In this document: positions 33,319 to 46,691 of the stretch, piece after piece | How positions within the stretch are numbered: position 1 is the stretch's first letter | Layout of the letters: each line of letters starts with the position of its first letter | From: the human T2T-CHM13v2.0 reference genome, Homo sapiens | Assembly: GCA_009914755.4 (NCBI GenBank) | Contig: CP068257.2 | Span: forward strand, 21,248,001-21,312,000 | DNA length: 64,000 nt | Direction: 5' to 3' | Translations under genes and position numbers: made by a program | Notes under the pieces: model-generated | The model's database searches: none | What the model was told of the DNA's origin: nothing | The model's input: only the letters and a program-made list of their open reading frames with translations

Positions 33319-35564
33319 TTATATTTCACTATAAAAGAGACATATAATTGTTCAATTAGAATTGCGTTAATGCAAGAGGAGAAAAAAGAGCACTGTGAAA
33401 GTTCATAATTCAGAGAGTTAACTAGCTTGCAAGAAAGTTATCATAATAAATTGCTATTCGTACTCAGTTTTGACCAATGAATGTGGTAGGCAAAATAAGT
33501 TTCTCCAAAGATGTCCATGCCCTTATCTCTGGAAACTGTGAACATGTTACCTTACATGGAAAAATAGATTCTCCAGATGAGATTAAAAGTACTTATCTTG
33601 AGATGGGAAGATTCTCTTGGATTATAACTAAAATTCTCTGGTGGGCTTAGTATAATCATACAGGTCCTTAAAAGCTGAGCGCCTTTCTCAGTTGGGTCAG
33701 AGGCTTAAGGTGGAAGAAGAATGAGGAGAGATCTAAAGCATGAGAGGGAATTAACCTGCTGCTGCTAGCTTTGAAGATGGAGTAAGGGGGCCATGAGGCA
33801 AGAAATGTGAGCGGCTTCTAGAAGCTGGAGAAGGCAAGGAAACAGATTCTTCCTTAGGGCCTCCTGGAACGAATGCAACATGCTGACGGCTTGGTTTTGG
33901 CTCAGTGAGCTCTATGTAAGTAAGGTTCTTGACCTACAGAACTATAAGACAATGACTTTGTATTTTTATAGGCCACTTTGTTTGTGGTTTTTTTTTTACA
34001 GAAGCAAAATGTATGCAATGATTAAACAGTAACCAGGCAACAATGGGAAATACTCAATAAGGGAAGTTGAATATGAAAGCAAGAAACATGCTATATTTGA
34101 AGAACAGAAAAGTCTAGTGAAGCCAGACAGCAGTAATCAGGAGTGAGTTTGGTGCACACTGAAGCTGGCCAGTTAAGACAGGCACTGGTCATACAAAGTC
34201 CTATAATCATTAGGATGTTAGCTTTTATTCTAAGAACAATGGTAAATCATTGTACAATCAATCATCAGAAGGGGTAAGATTTGATTGGTTAGTTCACTAA
34301 ACAAGATCTCTCTTATGGCTGGGGCAGGGTTGGTGTAGTAATGTTCCAAGAGGCAGGTAGAGGTAGAACACAAATTTTCTGCAGGTCAATCTTACATTAG
34401 TACTTTACATAAAATAATATTAAAATATTCAGCAATATAGTCACAAACACACTTCTTTTCATGCCCTTAATGATAACATATATTATTTATAACTGGCTTT
34501 AAGTCAGGAATGGAAACAGGTATTTATTTGTGAGTCATTCCATACCAGGCTCTACAATGAGTACTTCTATAAATAAGGGCATTTAATTCAAATTATGATG
34601 ATGCTGTTGTTACCCTAATTTTAATGTGAGAGGACTGAAAATCATCACGGCTCAGCAAATTTTTTTCACCTCCCACAGAAAAGGATTTAAAGTCAAAACC
34701 AGATAATACCAGAGCAATTTTCTTTCCGATATGATCCAAACAATGTGCAATAAAGAGTCCCAGTGAACACACCAAACTGATTATCTGGATATACGTCCTT
34801 TGACTTGTGGAGAAACACACTGGAACTGTTCAAAAATGCCAAACAGATTCTCCACCTAAACGGTGTGTGCGCACGTGTGTTCATGTGCATGTATAAGAGT
34901 GTAAGTGAGCAATGGGATATGTCTGTACAGTATACCTCTTTCTAGTGCATATGAGTAGCACATTAAAAAATTTAGAAATGTAGTATGTGCTGGCAGTGCT
35001 CTTAATTTTATAATTCAAACATTGTAATATGTAGAAAGAAGAGATGAACATCATATTTATCTATGCAAAATACTCCATGTGCTTACTCGCACAGTATTTT
35101 CTCAGATGTTTCTCACTTTTTCAAAGATAATCTCTTATCACTAAAGCGCAATACAAAACATAATTAAGTGTCCTCCTGCTAAACACTTCAGTGACTTAAA
35201 TATTTAAGAGTTTAGAATTAATGCCCCTAATGTAATAGAGTCAGCACATAAATATTTAATCCCAGTTCTGTAAACTTTCAGAGTTAGCATATATTGTGGT
35301 AGTCTTCAATAGCACTGGCACGCATAGAAGTAAAGCCTACTTAGTTCATTGCAGCCAATAGTTTGAGTCCGTTCTCCTCCGAAGCCCTTAGTATAACTCC
35401 TTTCTGGGGGAAATCTAGCTAGTTAGCCATCTCCTGTTAAAATTTTAAAATTTTACTATGTAACTGCTAATGGATGTGACAATGATTAAGGAAAAAAAAA
35501 GACAACCAAGAGAGCAATAAAAAGCCAGAAAAGCAAGGAATAATTTATGAAGTGCTCAATCGTC

Positions 35565-35886
35565 TTTTTTTTTAAATTATACTTTAAGTTTTAGGGTACA
35601 GGTGCACAACGTGCAGTTTTGTTGCATATGTATACATGTGCCATGTTGGTGTGCTGCATCCATTAACTCGTCATTTATATTAGGTATATCTCCTAGTGCT
35701 ATCCCTCCCCCCTCCCCCCACCCCACAACAGGCCCCGGTGTGTGATGTTCCCCACCCTGTGTCCAAGTGTTCTCACTGTTCAACTCCCACCTGTGAGTGG
35801 GAACATGCGCTGTTTGGTTTTTTGTCCTTGCCATAGTTTGCTGAGAATGATGGTTTCCAGCTTCATCCATGACCCTACAAAGGACG
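35565..35886 (-). mobile_element. LINE-1 3'UTR-end fragment of about 320 bp in reverse orientation
   Basis: Sequence runs ttttttttaaattatactttaagttttagggtacaggtgcacaacgtgcagttttgttgcatatgtatacatgtgccatgttggtgtgctgcatccattaactcgtcatttatattaggtatatctcctagtgctatccc ... gtgagtgggaacatgcgctgtttggttttttgtccttgccatagtttgctgagaatgatggtttccagcttcatccatgaccctacaaaggac. This is the reverse complement of the L1 3' terminus. Confidence 0.92.
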
Positions 35887-37373
35887 GCCTAAAAGCTTCA
35901 GTACTTAGAATTTGTACACATGCTGTTGAGGTAGACATAAAGCCATGACAAGAAAGAAGGTTGTTCTCCACTGAACACTAATTAACCAAATCAGAGGTTC
36001 AATCTTGCTGTGCCTTGGCGCCATCTTTAGAGATGTCACTGTCCCTTCACCTCCCTGCACTTCAAAACTTTGGCACTTCAAAACTTAAGAGACTCAACTT
36101 TTATTGAGGTGGCTGAAATTTCCTACTATTAATCTATAGGAAACTATTTTAAAGTCCTCTAAACTCCCACAGTGGAATTAAATACTAGAATTGGGATGAT
36201 GCCCCCAAAATGTCTTATGCTGGAGAGGTGTCAATTATCTTAAAAAACACAAATTGCTTATTTGAACATGAGTGAAAACAAAGAAGTAGAACTAGCTTTC
36301 CCACCCCCCCGCCAACCCCCGACTTTTTCCTCTGGCTCTTTTGAAATAGAGCATTAAAAACGCATGCTGATGATGTGGGTTTTTGCTGTGACACTTACCA
36401 ACTATCTATATTTTGCATTTGGAAAAAAATGTGAAAGCAAACACTGCTAGTGAAAGCTATTCCTTTAAACCATCTAACTAATTTATGCCTCTGAGAATAT
36501 AGTGTGTCAGCAAAATTGTTAGGTCTGTGATTAAAAGATATGTGCAATTTAGTAAGGTTTGTAGGTCAGTGAATAGGCTTCAACATATCAGAAAGGAAGG
36601 AAAACAGATTCTAAACAGCCAAGCTTAAAAATTGGAAAAGTGGAAAACCATGCTATGAGGGAAAAAATTAGAAGACTAAAACCAGCTTATTTTCTCTAGA
36701 CTGAGATCTAACGTTATATGATGATCACACAAAACACAGTTTTAATATAGTATACAATAGCAACCAAAAATTTACCTTATAATGGTCACACTACGCTTAT
36801 TAAGTTGCTATGTTCTTGATGCCTAGTTCTTTTTCCTACAATGTCAGAAAACTAGACATCTATAATTCTGATTTATTTGACTGCTGTTAATGAAATGTTT
36901 TCAAGTCGATGCAACTAAAAAGTCTGCAGGAAAATTATAGGCAATTAAATTCATGCTTTTGTTTGTTCATTTTGTGTCTTATTATGAAGAAACTTTAAAG
37001 CTGTTTACAGAAACAATGTAAAATAAAAATAATAATTTAATAATACTGCTAATGTTTATTGAGTGATAGACACTTGTTTATTTGTGCTGGTGTAAATCCA
37101 GACATAAGAGGAAGAGCTAATATCAACACACGTACAGAGAACTTTCAGTTGAAGAAACAGGCACTTATGTTGTGGATAAAATGAAATAAAATAAGTGTAG
37201 TCAAAATGAGGACTACATCTATTTTTTCCCAGTTATTTTTATCTCATCAACCTAGACTTAACTCTAAGTCTTACCTTCCAACCTGGAATAATGAGTACGT
37301 TTCAGTGGTTTAATGCATCAGTGCCCACTGGTGCTCCCTCATCTAAATACTCTGTTTAAATCTCTGACTCCTT

Positions 37374-37678
<305 letters not shown>

Positions 37679-39155
37679 TTAAATGGCCCTCAGGTTTGAA
37701 GTTTGATGATTCTGCTAATTTCAATGACACACTTGAGCAGAGGAAGCTTGATAGGGCTGGGTACTCACATATTAAATCTTAATTATCCCCAAGGCATTTT
37801 GTGTTCGTTTGTTGTGAAGACTTTTGCCTTCGAGAAAAATAATGCTTCGGAGTTGGCAAGATTCTTCAGAACTCTCCTCAATGGCTCATGCAAAATATTC
37901 CCTCACGTATAACCATGCTCTGCTATTCCTCTCCCTTCAGTGTGTCTTAGAATAAACTCCCCAATGAGCTTAAGCTATTATTGAATATACTAGAGGCATC
38001 TGACTCCAAAGAACATTTTCAAAGGTAAATGATAATAAAAATAATATAATGCACTACACTGTATCTTAAAGCATCTTGGAAAGCTGGGAGTTACTATCAA
38101 TTAGGGAAGATAAAACAATAGATAGAAGGTAATATATCAATAATTATTTGGCATATATGAGTGATAAAAACCAGTACATGTACAAAAACCTTTGTAAGAG
38201 GGAATTAAGGAACTGAGGGCGGCGAGGAACTGATTTGCTTTCATGGCAGCACTGCAAAACTAGAGATATTCTAGCTCTCAAACATAGCACTGTCGTCAAT
38301 CTAATGACCAAGTAGTTGCTGAGTTTCAGCACTGCCTGACTTGTATACTTATTAGACACTTCCTAATTAGGCAGTTTTGTAATCCGTTGCTTTATATACT
38401 ATTCTTCCAAATATATTTCACTTGCAAGCCCTTTCATTTTCTTCAAAATTATAAGTCAGTTTACATGCTGGTATTTATTTATGTTAGGCTTATTATGTGT
38501 GTATTTCCAAAAAAACTTCTAAAGTCGCTTACAAAATTAAACTCAGTCAATATAAATGGTAGGAATTATACATTAAAACTTTCTGCAAAAAAATTTAACA
38601 CACATAAACACAATTTGTTATAAGAAGCATAACAAACCATAACATGTCAAAAACTCCATTCAAAACAACTTAGAATGACAAACATGTCATTCTAAAATCT
38701 CATTCTCAGTTGTTTGAATGGGGTTTTTGACATATTATATCTTCCGAACAGAAGAGCATGTATGGTTTAAAAAATCATGACAGATTAGAGAAATAAATGC
38801 CCTAGAGAACGTTTTCCCACTTGGAAGGCAAGGATTTCTAGTTAGCAATGATATTAAATATTTAAACTAATTATTAACTTTCCGTACAAATTATGCCTGC
38901 AAACCCAAGAGGTTCACATTCATGCTTACAGAATGATTTTTTCCATTAAGATAGCAATGTATTAACATACACATAATTATGATTTACACATTGAATTTAT
39001 TCTTAGTCTATTATACAATAAGTAAAAGATAGAGCTATAGCTACAGAGATTAAGTGAATTTTTGTTTAAAGCATCCCACCAAACAAGATCCTAGATTATG
39101 GTATTGCTGGGTAGGTAATAAGAATTGTTTTCCCTCACTTATTCCCATGTTTTAT

Positions 39156-39160
<5 letters not shown>

Positions 39161-39188
<28 letters not shown>

Positions 39189-39469
39189 CAGAGTCTTGCT
39201 CTGTCGCCCAGGCTGGAGTGCAGTGGCAGCGATCTCAGCTCACTGCCAGCTCCGCCTCCCGGGTTTACGCCATGCTGCTGCCTCAGCCTCCCAAGTAGCT
39301 GGGACTACAGGCACCCGCCAACACGCCCGGCTAATTTTTTTCGTATTTTTAGTAGAGTCAGGGTTTCACCATGTTAGCCAGGATGGTCTCGATCTCCTGA
39401 CCTCGTGATCCACCAGCCTGGGCCTCCCAAAGTGCTGGGATTACAGGCATGAGCCACCATGCCCGGCCT
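39161..39469 (-). mobile_element. Full-length AluY-like element in reverse orientation with a 29-nt pure T (poly-A) tail and an 11-bp TSD
   Basis: A T29 tail is followed by ...agacagagtcttgctctgtcgcccaggctggagtgcagtggcagcgatctcagctcactgccagctccgcctcccgggtttacgccatgctgctgcctcagcctcccaagtagctgggactacagg ... ggcctcccaaagtgctgggattacaggcatgagccaccatgcccggcc. The TSD tgttttataa lies at 39148-39158 and 39469-39479. Confidence 0.96.
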
Positions 39470-42400
39470 GTTTTATAAATTTTAATGGGTGTTTTCATAT
39501 CAGAAATATTTATGACAAGAAATTTACTATGAGGCTGCTTTACTTGAAAATTTTGTTTACATTTATTTGTTTGAATTATTTTAAATTTGTTTTCATATTC
39601 TATTTTCTCTCAAATTGTAGGATATATCTTTGTTTCATCAATTCCACCTCAACATAAGTATGCTAAGCAAACAATAAATTTTTTAATATTAAAATTATTT
39701 TTATTGTGCTCTTTCTAATCAAAGTTTTAAAAATATTTTCCATGTTATATCTTTATAAATATGTTTAATAACATCATAGTATATATTACCTAATGGATTT
39801 AACATAATTTATTTAACCAGTCACCCTCTACTTATTTATAGTTGTTTCCAGATTTTCCTTTGCTAATATAAATACTGCTGATGTACATACGATTTTGCTG
39901 ATGTATCAGCCTTTGCTGTTCCAGATTTCTTACTTTTTAAATTTTTATTTTTGTTTTAGATTCAAGGGCACATGTGCAGGTTTATTACATGGGTATATTG
40001 TGTGGTACCGACATTTGGGCTTCTATTGCTCGAGTCATTCAGACAGTAAACATAGTACCCAATAGGATATTTTTCAACCCTTTCCCTGATCCCGGCATCC
40101 CTTGTTTTGAAGAATCCAGTGTTAATTATTCCCATCTTTATCTTTATTGGTGTGTCTATAATTTAACTCCCACTTATAAGTAAGAATATGCAATATTTGG
40201 TTTTCTGTTTTTGCATTCATTCACATAGGACAATGACCTCGAATACATCCAGCTGCATCCACATTGCTGCAAAGGAAGTGATTTTGTTCTTTCTTATGGC
40301 TGTGTAGTATTCCATGGTATATATGTACCATGTTTTCTTTATCAAATCCATCACTGATGAGCACCTAGGTTGGTTCCATGTCTTTGCTATTGTGAATAGT
40401 GCTGTGATAAACATACAAGTGCAGATGTGTTTTTGTAGAATGATTTATTTTCATTTGGGTGTATACACAGTAATGAGATTGCTCAGTTGAATGGTAGTTC
40501 TAGTTTTAGTTCTCTGAGAAATCTCCAAGCTTCTTCCAAAAGTAGCTTAATGAATTTACATTGCGACCAACTGTGTAAAAGTGTTCTCTTTTATCTTCAG
40601 CTTGACAACATCTATTATTTTTTGATGTTTTAGTATTAGCCATTCTGACTGGCATAAGATGGTACCACGTTGTGGTTTTAATTTGCATTTCTCTGATGAT
40701 TAGTGATGTTGAGCATTTCTGTTTTTTTCTGGTAAAAGTAAATTTATTACATTTAAGAAAAACAATTCCCTAAAAGAAATGATATTATCATTGAAAACAG
40801 ATGCAATTGCCATTGTGTGTAATATCCTGGGAAAATTAAGGAAGAAAAACAAGTCATAATTAATGAAGAAGATTCCATCCAAATACCCCCTTTGCTATCA
40901 GACAGCTACGCTTTCTGAAACTCTACCCCTCTTGTTAGTTAATGGCAGAATTCACAAATGTTCCTTATGAATGTAAAATGTTTTACTTCTATCAGGTAGT
41001 TTTCTGTGGATTATGAAATCATAGACTCCTTCTAGACCTTTTTTGCTGTTTGTATATCGTCTTTTGGAAAGTGTCTGTTCATAACTTTTGCACACTTTTT
41101 AATGGGGTTGTTTATTTTTCTTGTTGATTGGTTTAAATTCCATATAGACTCTGGATATTAGTCCTTTGTCAAATGCATGATTTACAAATATTTTCTCCCA
41201 TTCTATAGATCGTCTGTTTACTGTGTTGATAGTTTCTTTTGCTGTACAGAAGCTCTTTAGTTTAATTATATCCCACTTGTCAATTTTTATTTTGGATGCA
41301 ATTGCTTTTGAGGATTTAGTCATAAAATATTTGCCTAGGCTGATGTCCAGATTACTATTTCCTAAGTTTTGTCCTAGGGCTTTTATAGTTTGAGATCTTA
41401 CAATTAAGTTTTACATCCTTATTGAGTTAGTTTTTGTATATACTGAGATTTAGGGGTCCAGTTTCATTCTTCTGCATCTAATTAGCAAGTTTTCCCAGAA
41501 CTCTCTATTGAATAGGGAGTTTCCCCATTGCTTATTTTGTTGATTTTGTCAAAGATCAGTTGGTTGTTGGTGTGGGGCTTTATTTCTGGGTTTTCTGTTC
41601 TTTTCCATTGGAGTATGTGTCTATATTTTTTACCAGTACTATACTGTGTTTGTCACTGTTACTCTGTAGTATAGTTTAAAGTCAGGTAATGTTATGCATC
41701 TAGCCTTGTTCTTTTTGTTTTGGCTGTAAATCTGTGTGGTCCAGGGCTTTTTGTGGTAGTACTGTTTTTGCAGTTTGGACTCTTTTTAGTTTCATATGAA
41801 TTTTGTAATACTTTTTCTAATTCTGTGAGCAATGACATTAGTCATTAATAGGAATAGCATTGAATCTGTAGATTATTTTGGACAGTATGGCTATTTTAAC
41901 AATATTGATTCTTTCAATCCATGAGCACGGAATGTTTCTCCATTAGCTGGTGTCATCTCTGATTTCTTTCAGCAATATTTTGTAGTTCACCTTACAGAGG
42001 TCTTTAATCTCCTTGATTAGATGTATTTCTAGGTATTTGTATGTGTGTGTGACTATTGTAAACAGGATTGCATTCTTGATTTGCCTCTCAGCTTGAGTGT
42101 TATTGGAATACAGAAAGCTACTAACTTTTGTATGTTGATTCTGTATCTTGACACTTTACTAAAGTTGTTATCATGTCTCAGAGCCTTTAGGGTTTGCTAG
42201 GTAAAGAATCATATCATCACCAAAGAGCGATAATTTGACTTCCTAGTTTCCTATTTGGATACTATTTCTTTCTTTCTCTTGCCTGACTGCTCTGGCTGGG
42301 ACTTCCAGTACTATGTTGAATAGAAGTGGTGTGAGTGGACATCCTTGTCTTGTTCCAGTTCTTAGGGGGAATGTTTCCAGCTTTTGCCCATTCAGTACAT

Positions 42401-44175
42401 TGGTTGTGAGTTTGTCAGAAATGGCTCTTATTATTTTTAGTAATAAGATGTCTAGTGTGTTGAGTTTTTTTTAATTGTGAAGAGATGTTGGATTTTGTCA
42501 AATGCTTTTCTGCGTCTAATGAGATGATCATATGGTTTTTCTTTTTAATTCCGTATATGTGGTGAATCACATTTATTGAATTGCTCATATTGACCAACCT
42601 TGCATCCCAGAAACAAAGCCTAGTTAATTATAGTGAATTAACTTTTTGGTATGTTGCTGGATTCAGTTTGTTAGTATTTTACTGGAGATTTTTGCGTCTA
42701 TGTTCATCAGAAATATCAGACTGTAGTTTCTTTTTGTTGTTGTGTCTTTGCTAGAGTTTAGTATCAGGATGATACTTGTTTTGTAGAATAAGTTAGGAAG
42801 CAATCTTTTCTCCTCTATATTTTGAAATAGTTTTGCTAGGATTGGTGCAGCTCTTATTTGTACATCTTTGTAGAATTTGGCTACAAGTCTATGTGGTCCA
42901 AAGCTTTTTGTACATGGTAAGGTTTTATTACTGATTCAATTTCAGAATTTGTTATTGGTCTGTTCTGGGTTTCAAATGCTTCCAAGTTCAAACTTGCAAG
43001 GTTGTTTGTTTTCAGGAATTGTCTATTTCCTCCAGATTTTCTAGTTTGTGCACATGGGAAGTGTTCATAAGTCTCTAAGGATCTTTTTTATTTCTGTGGG
43101 CTTGAAAGCAATGCCTTCGTTGTCATTTCTCAATGTGTTTATTTGGATATCTTTTTTCTTTTGTTAATAAAGCTAGTGGTCTATCGACCTTGTTTATCTT
43201 TTCAAACAGCAGCTTTTCATTCTGTTGTCCTTTATATTTTTGGGGAGGGAGTCTCAATTTCATTTTGTTCTACTTTTATTTTTGTATTTTCATTAATTAC
43301 GCTAGGTTTGGGATTAGCTGATTCTTGTTTTACTTGTTTTTTTAGATTTGATATTAGAATGTTAATTTGAGATCTTCTTATCTTCTTGATGTAGATAAAT
43401 AGCACTATAAACTTTCACTCTTTTGGCCACATTGCAAAAGTTTTGATATGTTTGGTCTCTGTTTTCATTTGTTACATTTTTTTTAAATTTCTGCCTTAAT
43501 TTTGCGGTTTACCCAAAAGTCATTCAAGAGTAAATTGATCAGTTCCTATGTAATTTTGTCGTTTTGAGAGATCATCTTGGTATTGATTTCTGCTTTTATT
43601 CTACTGTTGCCTGTGAGTATGCTTGGTATGATTTCAATTTTTTTGAATTTATTGAGACTTGCTTTATGATGGAGCATGTGCTTGTTCTTAGAGTATATTT
43701 CATTTGCAGATAAGAAGATTGTATATACTGTTGTTGTTGGATAGAGTAGATGTCTGTTAGGTCCAATTGGTCAAGCGTCAAATTTAAGTCCAGAATTTAT
43801 TAGACTGTTTTCTGACTTGATTTTTCTAATGCTCTCAATGGGGTGTTGAAATCCTCTACTATTATTATGTGGGTGTCTAAGTCTTTTCATGTTTCTGGAA
43901 TTAATCATTATATGAATTTGAGTGCTCCAATGTTGGATGTGTATATGTTTAGGATATTTAAGTCTTCTTGTTAAATTGAGTCTTTTATCATTATGGAATT
44001 CCTTTATTTGTCCCTTTTTACTATTGTTGGTTTAAAGTCTGTTTTATCTGACAGAAGACCCCTGCTCTTTTTAGTTTTCTACTTGCATGATACATTTTTC
44101 TCCCTCTCTTTACTTTGAGCCAATGGATGTCATTACATTTGTGATGGATCTCTTGAAGGCAGCTTAAGTTTGGGT

Positions 44176-44322
44176 TATATATATACATATATATATATAT
44201 ATATAATATAGACTATATTATAATATATATATAACCCAAATTATAATATAAATATATAATATATAACCTATATTATAATATATAATATAGTCTATATTTT
44301 ATCTATATTATATATATATAGA
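44176..44322. repeat. AT-rich (TA/TATAA) complex simple repeat with internal inverted symmetry (gggttatatata ... tatatataacccaaa)
   Basis: Directly visible. It lies inside the antisense L1 between L1-colinear flanks. Confidence 0.85.
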
Positions 44323-44344
44323 TGCAATTTGAGTCTTCTAAATC

Positions 44345-44540
44345 CTGAGTCTTCTAAATCCTTCTACAAAAGAGTTCTGTCATCCTCAACTCATGATATT
44401 AGAGCATTGCTGAATGCAACTTTCAAGGAACCATGCTAGATGACATCCCAGAACACTATATGTATTATATGTATTATTGATAGAATATTGAATGCTGAGA
44501 CTAGGAAAGCGCTCTCATGACTTCATGTCAATTAACTTTT

Positions 44541-44545
<5 letters not shown>
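44345..44545 (+). repeat. Copy 1 of an about 200-bp low-copy direct repeat, embedded with its (TA)n flanks inside the old L1
   Basis: The sequence ctgagtcttctaaatccttctacaaaagagttctgtcatcctcaactcatgatattagagcattgctgaatgcaactttcaaggaaccatgctagatgacatcccagaacactatatgtat...tgatagaatattgaatgctgagactaggaaagcgctctcatgacttcatgtcaattaactttt is about 95% identical to 46692-46890. Confidence 0.85.

Positions 44546-44578
<33 letters not shown>
44546..44578. repeat. (TA)16 microsatellite
   Basis: Directly visible. Confidence 0.9.
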
Positions 44579-44580
<2 letters not shown>

Positions 44581-44949
44581 AGTATATATACACAATTTGC
44601 TATTGTGTGTCTTTTAAGTGGAGCATTTAGACCTATTACATTCAAGGTTAAGATTGACATGTGTATTTTCTTTTTCATATTGTTGTTTCCTGGTTGCTTT
44701 GTAGTCTCAATTGTGTGGTTCCTTTACAGAGTCTTTGTGCTATGTCCTTATGTATTGTTTGTGTGTTTGTGTGTATGTGTGTGTTTGTCAGCAAATATTG
44801 TCCTTTTATTTTCATGTTTAGAACCCCCTTAAGCATCTCTTTGGAAGGTCTGTTTAGGGGTAAAAAAACTTTCCTAGTGATTGTTTGTCTGGGACAGATT
44901 TAATTTCTTCTTAGCTTATGGGGCTCTAGTAAGTGTTTTCAATAATATA

Positions 44950-45140
44950 AGGAGCATAAATGAAAGAGCACATGCCTAGGTTTGAATCCTAGCTCTAACA
45001 CTTATGACTCTGGTAAGTCATGTAATCACTTGATTCTTTTAAAATACATTATCTGTAAAAAGGATAATAAAATTCATCATAATAGATTGTTGTGAGGGTT
45101 CAATGAGTTAATATGTTTAAAAATTTTAGAATACTGGCTA
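44950..45140 (+). mobile_element. MIR (mammalian-wide interspersed repeat, SINE) core fragment
   Basis: The sequence aggtttgaatcctagctctaacacttatgactctggtaagtcatgtaatcacttgattcttttaaaatacattatctgtaaaaaggataataaaattcatcataatagattgttgtgagggttcaatgagttaatatgtttaaaa parallels the MIR consensus block ...gaatcccagctctgccacttactagctgtgtgaccttgggcaagtcacttaacctctctgtgcctcagtttcctcatctgtaaaatggggataataatagtacctacctcatagggttgttgtgaggattaaatgagttaatacatgtaaag. Confidence 0.7.
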
Positions 45141-46691
45141 ATAGAGAGAAAATTACATGTGGTTTTTTTATTACATCATTAGGTAAGAGAGATATTCTAC
45201 TAGAGTCTACAATAGAAGTTGGCAGATTTTGTCTGTAATGGACAAGACAGTAGATATTTAAGTTTTGCAAGAAACAAATATTCCTACCATATTTTTGTTT
45301 TGTTTTATTTTTAGGATCCTTTGAAATCTAAAAACCATTCTTAGCTCAAAGGCATGAAAATACAGGCCAGATTCGACCCATGAACTGCAGCTTGCCAATT
45401 CTTGATCTAGATGATCATATTCCCTGTAGACTGTATAGTAACCGACAGAAGGAAAATTAACATAGCCCTAGGGAAAAGAGTAAAATGTCCTGTTGTTCCT
45501 TTCATTGTTTCTGATCTTTCTACTGATGAGGACTGAAAATAATACACTTGTCAGACCAATTGCTGCATATTGAGTGCCAGATGCCATGTTGATTAGTGCT
45601 AGGAAAATATCCCGTAACTGGCAAGTATGCTGAGATTTAAAGTTAACTAATTGGTTAAGTTTAGTGTATTCCATATCATTCAGCTTGATCTATCTGGTTT
45701 TGAAAGAGAATATGATGGGGATCATCATGCCTTCAAGCTTTCAGTCATTGCGGAAATTGACCTCAGAATATGAAATTGATTGTAATTTCTTTTCATGACA
45801 ATACTCTCTCACATCTGGGAACAACCTGTGGTTTATGTTTGTTGCTTAATATATCTATGTTAGTTAAGCAGGTGAGAACTGGGAAAATGGTCACTAATTG
45901 AAAATTCAAAAATTTGTGGTCAAATTGTAAGAGTCCCGACATCATACCCCATTTGTATCTAGCATCCATTAGCTCCCCCATTATAAATAGGAGGCTGTAA
46001 TAACATTCCTGTTTCTTACTATCAAGACCCTATAACAATAGCCATCAAATTCTTTTGGTATTCAGTTTTTTCCATTACACTTTTCCTTTGGGAAAAACCA
46101 GAGGTAAAAAAGCCATTTATATGGTTATGGTATAGCAGTATTTCAAAATCTTTTTGCAAGATAACTCTGTATCTCTTTTAATATATTGACAATGGGTTTG
46201 TAAACTGACTCAGATCAAGAAATGGGTGAGGACTTTTAATTTTCCATTGCCATAGCTGACATCAGCCTGTTTCTTATCAACTCTTCATTCTTTTTGGTTT
46301 GTAAAAGTCAAGTCATTATTTAATTGCCTTTCTATCTTCATGGTTAAGACTTTGCAATTTATTAGCCAATGCCATAGACTTATGATTTGAGTTTCTTAAG
46401 ATCAAGGCCCCCTGGTTCTCACTGTACCTTTGTTGCCCTTCTGATGTTCATGCTCACATTGTCTCTAATGGTTAAGGGTCAACATTGCATTTTTGCTATT
46501 CAAAATCACATCATATTATCACTCTTATCCCACATTTATCTAGTTCTATGAAAAAAAATGTTCTATCATCCACCCAGAACTATAGAGGACATTTGATATG
46601 TAGCCATCCAATCATGCAGGTTCTGTTCCTTCCTGCTTTAGTAATGTATGTCCTCTAGGGGTTCCTGGTGAGTATAACATGCTCAATTCCC

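Larger units (their letters stand above)
39935..44935 (-). mobile_element. Old LINE-1 (L1PB/L1MA-like) of about 5 kb in reverse orientation, covering 3'UTR, ORF2 and the ORF1/ORF2 junction. It is interrupted by a 310-bp unclassified insertion (40728-41040) and a 430-bp AT-rich insertion (about 44166-44590).
   Basis: The 3' end is ttttagattcaagggcacatgtgcaggtttattacatgggtatattgtgtggtac... (older-L1 3'UTR form). The ORF2 antisense is recognisable throughout, e.g. ...tctctgatgattagtgatgttgagcatttct / gtcttttggaaagtgtctgttcataacttttgcacactttttaatggggttgtttatttttcttgttg ... gtgtcttttaagtggagcatttagacctattacattcaaggttaagattgacatgtg ... ttaagcatctctttggaaggtctgtttaggggtaaaaaaactttcctagtgattgtttgtctgggacagatttaatttcttcttagctt. 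Confidence 0.85.
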
